Assembly: GCA_949358305.1 (NCBI GenBank)
Contig: OX442314.1
Coordinates: 15,376,001 to 15,440,000, forward strand
Length of the DNA stretch: 64,000 bases
Source: Strigamia acuminata
Lineage: Eukaryota
Direction of reading: 5' to 3'
Positions 50,801 to 61,400 of this stretch are shown here, piece by piece. Under the pieces are notes generated by a model. It did no database searches and was not told where the DNA came from. It saw nothing but the letters and a program-made list of their open reading frames with translations. The position numbers were made by a program, and so were the translations under genes. Each line of letters begins with the position of its first letter. Position 1 is the stretch's first letter.

Positions 50801-52123
50801 AGCACCCAACCCCTTTTCTCCCTGCTGCTTTGGCATCTGGGATTTTATTAGGCGATTTATACTTGATTGCCTCCATCGAACACAATTTGCTCCAAATTAC
50901 TTGGCCCAGGAATCACACACACCATGGAGACAAGCAGTTAACGGGCGAATTCTCACCAGATGGTGCGCAAATACTCACTCACCCTATTCACTCGCTTGCA
51001 AACTTCCAATATAGTCACGAACGTAATTAAAAAGTAGGTAATTACATTAACTAGACTTATAACGACATATCAAAAGACCCCAGCCAAGATGAATCAAATG
51101 AAATTTAATGACGTAATTAAAACTTAAGAATTTTTGTGTTGCCATTTTTTAATTAAGGATTTCGTGTTTACATTTGGCCAAATCACAATTTATAGTTTCC
51201 AAGTGGGAAAATGTCGCATTAGAGGAATTACGTGTGATTGAGGAGTAATGATGAGTAATTAAGCAATTCCAATGGTATGCGAAGGAAAGGTTCCCCTGGA
51301 AGAGAAATGCTCTAATTAACCGTGATTGATCTCGGCATTGCAGAAACGGTCACACTGAACCGTGCTCGGGCTCCGATCCGTTTAACAGCGCAATGTATTC
51401 AAAATAAATACAAAAAAAAGTTACAATTTTAATCACTTGTTTTAAATTGACAGTACAGTAATTAAAATGGTTATTTATACACTACTCCAAAAGCGACGCG
51501 ACATGGGCGCATTAAGACACTACTATTTCCCATCCCCCTACGACACTTAAGATCATTTAAAACGATAGCTGTCATAACTATTATATCTTAAGAAACAGGT
51601 AGATGGGCGAAAGAAAAGAAGAAAAAATTACTGATTTTTAATTGCACAATTAAGGAGTTGAGGAAGCACGAAGTAATGCCACAAAAATTGAAACGCTCCC
51701 TATCTCGGGGTGTGAGTTAATTCTGAATTAATTGCTACATGAAAAATCACTCACTCATATGAGGAAAATGGCGGCAACACAAAGCGACACTTAATGGGTC
51801 GATTGTAACAACTTACAAGGTAGGAAAAATGGCTGAGCATCATGTTCTACATTTTAAAACACACATTAAAAGGTTATTGTGTGAGCAGTTATTGATATAA
51901 AGCTAAGAGATTTTAAGAGTTATATGTGTATAAGAACAAGGACATAAATTTTGCCTAGTCTAAATAATGAGCGTTAGTGAATGAATTATTAGTACTGAAT
52001 ACATTGAACACCGTTAAAACAAGACATAAATTCTTTTTAAAACAGTACATTTTAAATTTTAAATTTTTATTTGAACGTAAAATAATTTATTTTGACCACG
52101 TACAAAATTTTTCTTATGGAAAC

Positions 52124-53971
52124 TGTTGGATTTTGAGTGTTTGTTTCTGTTTGTACCGCCAGGTGAATCGTTTCACTTACTGCAGCAAAATGGCGTCGCA
52201 GAACGAATGAACTGAACGTTGATCGAAATGGCGCGATGAATGCTGTTGCAAGCCGAATTGTCTGATACGTATTGGGCGAAAGCGATTAATACTGCATGCC
52301 ATATTTGAAACCGATGTATGATGAGAAGTTTAGAAAACGAAATTTCTCACCAGATCTGGACCGGAAGAAAACCGAATATCGGCAATTTTGGAGTATTTGG
52401 AAGCAAAGATTTTGCAATGAATAAAAAAACCAAGCAAGGGAAAGTTCAAACCAAAATCAAAAGAATGTATTTTTGTAGGATATTGGGAAGGTTCGAAGGC
52501 GTATCGTTTATGGTCAAAAATCGAGAGAAGGATTATAAAAAAATCGTGATGTGAAGTTCGTCAAGAAATCGGATGAAAAATCGAAAATTCAAAACGGACA
52601 GATTGATTGAACGCAAGAAAGCCCGACTAGTCGCTAAGACATAACAGCCAGGTATCGACTATTTCGAGACTTTTGCACCTGTCGCACTACCAGGACCAAT
52701 TGGATGTTGTCACGGCGTATTTAAACAGCAAGATCGAGAAAGAGATGTTTATGGAACTTTCCGAGATGCTGAACGAGATCATGAAAGTAAAAATCAAGAA
52801 CGATAAAGTTTGTCGAATGAAGAAAGCATTGTACGGGTTAAAACAATCGGGCCGACAATGTTATAAGAAGTTGGACGAGAAGTTGCGAAAATTTGGATTA
52901 AAATCAACGAATGCGGACCCGTGCGTGTATTACAAGAATAATCGAGATGTCATTACGCTAATCGCGATTTACATGGACGATATTATCATTGCAACAAACT
53001 GCATGAAAAATATGGATGCGTTCAAATCACACTTGAAAAGCAAATTCAAGATGAAGGATTTGGGGTCAATTTATTATTGTTTAAGTATCAAATTTAGACA
53101 AGACGAAAAATCGATCAATCGAGATGACGCAACGGAAGAACGTAAAAGACATTTTGGACCGATTCGGAATGACAGATTGTTTGACGAATACGAAGCCACT
53201 TGACGAAAACCAGAAATTGCAGAAAAACAAGAAAAACGAGGACGGAACAGATGAAGAAAAACTGGACCCTTACATTGCGTACTCTGTAAGCATGCTCAGC
53301 CAATACAATACGTGTTTCACCGCAACAAATTGGACTGCAGCAAAACGAGTTTTGCGATATTTGTAATACTCGGCGAAACTTGGACTGAAATTCGAGAAAA
53401 TCGGTAAAAGCGTATAGTTCGATAAACTGGGGGGCGAATTTGGATAATCGACGATCGTACACGGGCTATAGCTTTAAACTTGCAGACGTGGTTATTTGTT
53501 GGGAAGCGAGAAAACAACAGACCGTCGGAACCTCAACAACCGAAGCCGAATACATGGCGCTGTCGGAGGAAGCCATTTACCTGCGAAATTTTTTGCACGA
53601 AATTGGATTCTTCGACAAGAGTACTCTTGTCGAAGGAATCGACTCTGATTTATAGCGACAATCAAGGAGCGCACAAATTAGTTCAAAATCCGGTATTTTA
53701 TTTGAGAACAAAACACATTGACATTTGTCATCATTTCGTGCATATGAGACCTCCAAGATGAGACCTACGAGCGAGGAGACATAGAAATCGAGTTCCTCGG
53801 GACCGAGAAAATGACCGTAAACGTATTGACAAAAGGTTTGTTCAAACCGAAACAAAAAATGTTTATTGGCGAATTTGGATTGCAAGAAATAACTTAGAAT
53901 GTGAATTGTAAAGTGAGTGTTTGTTTGTACTTGCACACTGAAACGTCTTTTTGACGTATTAAAAAACTACA
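52124..53971 (+). mobile_element. Degenerate, internally deleted Ty1/copia LTR retrotransposon
   Basis: Domains are in copia order: integrase C-terminus (QQNGVAERMN*TLIEMAR*ML...YWAKAINTACHI*NR, from about 52180), RT (KARLVAK, GIDYFETFAPV, QLDVVTAYLN, KALYGLKQSGR, IYMDD, MKDLG) and RNase H (DNRRSYTGY, STTEAEYMA, SDNQGA, RTKHIDICHHFV, VLTKGL). Stops and frameshifts are present. The element begins TG (52124), ends CA (53971) and is flanked by GAAAC at 52119-52123 and 53972-53976. Confidence 0.9.
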
Positions 53972-56900
53972 GAAACTTTTTAAAATTCCATTGGCAGTTT
54001 CACTTTTTTTAAAATCAAAGTACTAGTACATTGGACTTTTAAAATTAAATTTTATTTAGAAAAATTGACGTCCAAAAAAGAGTCCTTGTTCATGCAATAC
54101 TCTATTGGCATCATCAATGGCTGTCAGACGTTATGAGTTCTTTGGATTTGGGGAAAAACCAATAAAGTTGAGCACCACTATATGTACCAACTACCATCTG
54201 ACGTCCATTTAAAAAGAGGAAACAGCAGCAGTCACTTTTTAATAAGCTCACTGCTACTAGATGGTGCCAGAGAGAGAAAATGACATACCAACTCAAAGTC
54301 CAAGAATATGGACACGCTGCAACACCATATCAGAAGCAAGTATAATTGGCTTGCCACTCACACCGAAAAAAGCAACACACATCACCACATACAACTATTG
54401 CTATTGGCTACACATGTCCATTTTCAGGACAATTTTTTTTTTCAAGTTTCCTAGGAAACTTCAGCGAGATAATTATCTCAAAATTGAAATTTGATTTATG
54501 TTCGGTTATGGTGGAGAAAATGATAGCTTATAACTAGCCATGGTGGAAGTATTAAGTGCACTTTAAAGCGTATCCTATCATTAGGCGTTCGTAGTCTTTC
54601 GCTTTCGTGATCTTCTGTTTTCTTGCTTATAAACACACTGGGTGGTCTAGCAGACATTTGCACCGAACACAAACAAAAAAAATGTGAGCTTGAGTACATT
54701 TCAATTATCACGCCCCGTTGTAAGATTATACACAAGTAAATCGAAAAAGACCAGTACCAATCGATAGATAAGTGACCATTTTCCCCCTTTCATCCCTCAC
54801 GCAATGTAATAGTAGACTTGGGAACGATGTAAGTGATAAAAAGAGAAACACGTTTCAAGAGCTGTCACTCGCTTAGACACTGATTCATTGCACCAATGAG
54901 AGTTTCTTGCCTATCTTTAGGTTGGAAAAGTATTCTTCAACGTCAAGCCAAGGAAGAATCTTCCCTTTAATCTATGCATCCTAGGGATTACTGACCCGAG
55001 AAAAAGAAGAGAAACACTGCCCCAAACGGCTCCAACCGCGGGGACAAGAGAGTTAGTTGCCTATTGTCTGTCAAAAAGGATAAAAAAGAGAAACGCTTTC
55101 ACGTCACGTCTCGTAACTTGTCGAGCCAATTTTTTTTATTCAGTCTTTTCTTTGTTGTTGTTCAAATTCTAATCAGACAAGAAGATTGAGAGGCAAAATG
55201 GTGGGCGGATAAAGATTGAAATCACAATTCACAAAGAATGAGTCAGGTGCTTTTTAAGATGTGTCGTAGGAATTTCATTCCGGTTAACCCTGGTGGCAAA
55301 AATATTACTTTTGTTATGACATTCTTCATCAAGAATTCATCTCTTTTCATAATTTCATTTTTAGGACGAGCCCACGATAAACTAACTATTTTCGTATTTT
55401 TATTTAAAAAATCAATTCTTTCTATTGACCGAAGCCATTACAAGAGTTGATGGTGAAAATTATCATCTAAAACTTGCTGAGTCATTGGTTCAATTAACAG
55501 AACCTTAAAAAGTCGTAAATCATTAAAAACTGGCTTATCATGAAATGTTTGAATTCTCAACAAATTTTCCGTTAAAAAAATATCAACTCAATTATCAAAA
55601 ATCATTCAGTTATTAAAACAGAATTTCACCTGTTTCCCCCTTTTCTATTTATTGTTGTTTATGGCCGCACAGCTGCCAACTGCAACCTTTTTAAACTAAC
55701 AAAATTAAGAGAAAAAATATAAATTGTGTATTATATATGAAGGCAAGTTGGGGAGAAATAAAACACCTGATACACATCAGACCTTGTGGTTTTTAAGATC
55801 TAAGATAAAGTAAAGAAAACTAAACAAGAGTGGTGCAGCTGGAGGAAACCAACCTAAGTTTAAATAACCTAGTCACGAAGTAAGTATAAAGCTTGAAATA
55901 AATTGTTAATTATGGGAATACAAACCACCCATTTTTTTTATAAAATTTTATTTATTACAATCAGCTGAAGGTGTGACAAAAGGGTCAAAATAGAGCATAT
56001 TTTTAATTACAAATCACCTGCTTTTCTTTGGACTTCATTTTTTTGTAGCAGGTGTATTCTTGTAATTAAAGTGTGAATTAGTATATGTTCTTTTCCCCTC
56101 TTTAAATTATCTATAATAAAATAGTCGTTAAAAAGCAACAAATTGAATATAAAACTTGGAAAAAATTTTAACAAGCAATGTTTTTACGATTGAAAATTGC
56201 CCTTGTTATTTCTCGAAGATGTTTTCCTCAATTCCTGTAACAAATTCACTGACCAAAGGACATCTATTTAAATTTCATTTTAATAATATAATAATAATAA
56301 TAAACCGAACCTAAAATTTGAAAAAATAATATTTCAGTTTCAATTTGTTTTGACAGAATGATTAAATCTATTTTTCAAATTTCCACTTCAATTCTTTTCT
56401 GAATTTGTCATCTCAACTCTCCCTTTTACCTAAATATTTTGATAGCTGTACGACTTTCACTCCACTGCTTTGCTTATTTTTTTTATTAAACATCAATTTC
56501 ACCAATGATTAAAATAAAATAAAAACAAAAAATAAAATAAAATCTATAAAAAAAATAAATAGAAAATACCGAATCTTTTCCATCGACCCACCGAAAACCG
56601 AAACTTTCACTTGAAAAACTTTTGCCAACATCTCAAAAAAATGCGATTTCAAACTCTTAAAAGTAAAACATCCATCAAACTTTTCATTTCATTTTATTTG
56701 ATGTAAAATCCACTCCATCAAAAATCCTCTTTTGCCTTTTCTTTGTGCCCGTGTCAAACATGTCGCCTAGAGGGCAACAACTTCAATTCCAAAGCCTTTT
56801 AAACTTTAAAAAAAAAATGAAGGGGAGAAACGAGCAAGTGCAAGTGTCTCCCCCAAGCTTTGAAGTGTTTGATCCTCCCCATGATCGGCCGTTAATCAGA

Positions 56901-58464
56901 ACCCCTAGGGTGTGGGCGGATTCCTTATACACGGGAGCCTATTTTAGGGGGTTGTTGGATGCGATTGGGATGACATCAGAGCTGCTCTTCGCTTATTGCC
57001 ATTGTCACACGCGCAAAAGAGTGAGGATTATGGACATGTGTGTCCTTAACCTGTTCTTCCATCTACCCGTCGCTAATGATTGCCTGGCGGGAAGAAGGGG
57101 AAGATTCGCGACGCCCTCTGATCACGCCCCCGCATTCGTCCAATTATTCTTCTTCGTCCCCTCCCTCATCCCGAGTCATTCACACGCTCCGGGTTTTAAC
57201 TTTTTCCTTCTGTCAGTAGCGCGATGATGTCGCATTTAATATACTTTGGCTGTCAACCTAAAATTATCGGTTTATGCGACTCACAGACGACGTAATTGCA
57301 ACCGCTTGGGTCTCTGCAAGCGAGACTATCAGAAAATAAGAACTGAGAACAAAAAAAAATTCTCGCAACAAAAACTGTCAAAGATGTCATAAACTTGACA
57401 GAAATCTCTTTGATATTTGTTCTTAGGAAAGTACGAATTTTCTATACGAAGTAAACTTTTTCTATCGTTTCGAATTTCCCCTTAATATGACAGCTTTTCT
57501 AGCCTTTTTTAATTCTGCTTTTTATGAATTCCCTCTTTTTCTTTTAACAAAAAAGCCACATAGTCTAAGTTCCAAATTAAGGGAGAAAATTGAGAAGTTG
57601 AAGAGGGGGAGAGATGAGTTGAAGCAATTAAGGCGTCTCTCATTAAACACCCCTGGAGTCTGACAGCCTCAGACTGTGATAGATCTGGATGAGCCAATAT
57701 TCATAAGCGACTTCTCTCTACCCTTCTCCTCTTTCCTTCCACTTTTTTTCTTCTTCTCTGGCAAACCGATGTCTGGAAACGGGCGCACGCGCACAAGTAG
57801 GTGATTAGAAAAGTTGGCACTAATGAGCTCATGTTAAACAGAAAGAAAGCTCCATCAAACACAATCACGACTCAAACGGGTTTTCGACGGCAAACACGAA
57901 CAACTCGAGGCGACACAACTGAGTCAACAAGATAAACCCCGTAATGCGCTTAGATATTCGCGCACTGGCCCCATCAGTTTATTTAGCAAACTAATAAAAA
58001 TAAAAATCCTTTTAGGCCTAACCTTTTATCAGTTGCTCAATTCTACCCCGTTTTCCCGAATTAAACATCAAAGAGTTGCACAGGTTCAAAAAAAATACCG
58101 AGGCAATCGAGTCGACGCTCGTTTATCACCCCACGAGGGTAAGATGGAAAATTTGAGAGAGAAAGAACAATCTTACCTCCCGACAAGTAGAACTTGCATT
58201 GCAGTTATCACAATGAAAAAGAGAAGCGATCCATTTCCCCTCTCTTCCCTTAATTATAGGATCCCTTGACAGGTTTCTTTGGGCTTACACAAAAATTAAA
58301 AATAAAAAAAACACACACAATTCGTTGGGTGAAATTACATCGGTAATTATACAGTAATCAATTCGAAGGGAAAGACGATGAAACAAATCAAATTTAACGT
58401 GGTTTTTAGAATTAGTTCTTTGACGCTCTATTATATAGACTTTATATATATAAATATGTAATAA

Positions 58465-58468
<4 letters not shown>

Positions 58469-58495
<27 letters not shown>
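58469..58495. repeat. (AT)n dinucleotide microsatellite
   Basis: Directly visible. Confidence 0.9.
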
Positions 58496-58499
<4 letters not shown>

Positions 58500-61400
58500 T
58501 GTCAAGTCTAGTTCGTTATTGATATATGTAGTGTCAATTAAATGGAACTTTTGATTCATAAATCAGATACAGACCTACACGAGCTTTTCCTTTTCAATAA
58601 CATCAGCTTGCGGGATTCAATATGGGTGATATTACTTTGGCCGTTGGACAGGAGAGCAAAAAAATCATAAAGTGTAGTAGTGACCCTATAACATTCAGTT
58701 GTCTATATCAATATATATTTTGTGAAAATCCCATAGAACTATAAGTCTCAGCAGTATATGGAATTATCTATTGATTTAGTAGTGCAGAGCTTTGCTCAAG
58801 TCTATCACAGTGATAAGTTGTCGTCAATTTCACACAACCTGTGGTGACACATGTGTTTATCGATAGGTTATTAGCTTATGGCCGACCTGTTTTCAATTTT
58901 ATAGTCATGTATACTAGTAACACGTAAAATAAAAACGTTTTGCATACTCCCTTGGGCCCTTGGGAGAAACGTGAATTTCATTTTTATTACCGTTTTTTTG
59001 TTAGATTCAAATAATTTTTTTTTTTAAATAGTTTTGTAATGTAAAAACTGCGTATGGCGTGCGGTGCATTTAAAAAATTACGTTTAGTTCTACATGAGTC
59101 TGTCATTTGTCATACTAAGACCCATTTATTATGGATTCAGTACAGGACGAGGGAGTTTAAATATTTGATTCCGTCAAACCACACGAGAGCATTGGTGTTC
59201 TTGTGTCTGTCAAAAGTTTTTTTTTCCTAAAAAAATAAGAAGTATAAACTTGGGGAAAAAAAGAAGAAAAAAAATTGAAAACAGAAAAAATTAAAATAAA
59301 TAGAATCCAATTTTTCATTAGACATGGCGTTGACAAATTAGACAACCTGAAATGTTGCATGCATTTTTTCTGTACATTTTTTTAACATTTAAAAACTGTT
59401 TTGATGTACGTAATTTGGGAAGAAAAAAATAAAAATGTAGCTGAAAAGAATCAATAGTTGTGTAGGTAGAAATTCACTTAGTCGGCCCTCTGAAGAACAG
59501 TTTACGCCATACATTTTAAGTAAGTTCTAAGCCTTAAGCAGTCACACAAATAATTTGCATTCATGCGATGTTTTGATCAAGAAATTAAAGTCAAAGTGTT
59601 GTTCGATGTTTTTATAGCGGGAATTTAAGGTGCGGGTATAAATGCCAGTCTCTTTTCAGTACATGATTAAAATTTAAAATCAAGTTTGAGCGTTTAAAAT
59701 AAAATCAGTTTACTTCAAACAACAACTCAGACATGCATGCAAATTTTCGACTACAAGACAGAATTTAATTTTTTTTTAATTTTATCTTTGCGCACGGCCA
59801 TTATAGTTCCCCTCTGCACAATGACACGATCACGTATTTATGATTTTTTTGCACGGCCACTCAAAAAATTAATATTTTGATTCCAAAATGTTACTGAATG
59901 AAATTATTTACAGACAATATTGTAGTACAAAAGCTTTCATACCAGATATGTGGATCAGGAAATGGATCCTTGTCCCGCTATGAAAGTGTACTCGCGTGGG
60001 TAAAACTAAAATTAAATTATGTACTTGTGGAAAAAGGTTTAACTAACTTTTCTTCTTTTCAAAAAAAAATGTAATAATTGCTTACGGTAATCACTAAACA
60101 AAAGAAATCGAATACATTTCACGCAGAACCAGTGCTGTCATCTGTTGCCTACAGGGAAAACTTTTGTCAATTGTTTGATTTTTGAACTCGCATTTTTTCT
60201 TCATAAATATAAAAATATTGGTTAGTATTTGCTGTGGTTTTTATTTTTCGAATCTTAAGAGCTTTCAGTTGATTGTGAATAATGTTAAAATAACAGTCGT
60301 CGTAAATATGGTAAAACAATTTTCGCAAAAGTCAAATTTATTCAGTCACGGTAATAACGCAAATGGCTGAATTCAACATCAGAGACATGGCAAAGTTAAT
60401 ACGTTGCCTTCCAAATTAACATGGGATAAATCCTTCACCAAATTATCTTAATGAAGTCATAAATATGGCGTTAACGATAGGAACGAGCACCAACTGAACT
60501 CTTCGAATGTAACATGTTATTCTAATACTACAAGTACACCATAGACCTAAACAGAATGAAAGTTAAAAACCGTTCTCTTTATCCAATAATCTAGCTTTAT
60601 TTAAAAAGAAAAGAAAGTAACATTTCTCTTTCGTTTTTAAGAAGATAAATTAAGCAAAATAAACACATAAATATATTTTTTTTTTGTATTTAGACGGAAA
60701 AAAACTTGATTTTCAAAATCCTTCGATAAATGCTTCGAAGAAACCACACTAACAGGTTAATTACAGGTTTAAAGCTATAAAATTACAAGCAAAATAAAAC
60801 CCGTATACAGCATCAGATAAAAGAAAGAAGAAAGAGAAAACTTTAAAATTTAAGAGGATTTCCTAGAAAACAAGGCACACTTAAACTTCTTTATCTTGAA
60901 AACAAGCAAACTACACCAAGATTACAAAATACACATATACTCACAATTCAATGTTACTTTACACCAGGTTTCAATTTGATGATAATAAGAAATACAATGG
61001 AAAACCGAATGCCACAATAAATCGTACAAAATCCAGCGTTTACATAACATAAGAATTATCACTCTTTTTCAACAAAACACATAGACAATCTTTAATGTGA
61101 CTGACTCCTCAACCTTCGTGAAAAACTTATTACAAGTTAACTGCATTTTGTTTGCATGAATTCACCCTGTGGCAGGTATGTGGCCCTTAGTTGAACCCCC
61201 TGCAGTTTTCTGCCGTTAATTCATACTTCAAGGTAGAGTTGTGTCTTCCATTATACATTAAGCTAACCCTTCACTCCCTTCTCCCTCCCAGCCTCTTGTC
61301 AAAGGGCCATCTGCTTCTCCCTCACTGCAACTGCGAACTGACCAAAACTCCTTGTGTATTCATGATGCGGATGTATCATTAAAGCATTTTTTTATCCATT

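Noticed and set aside
52673..53203. 176-aa ORF as a functional reverse transcriptase or domesticated gene
   Set aside because: It is a truncated fragment between frameshifts, in an element with stops and deletions.
56745..57227. 160-aa ORF on the + strand
   Set aside because: Non-ATG start, no recognisable domain and no convincing splice signals. More likely regulatory DNA.
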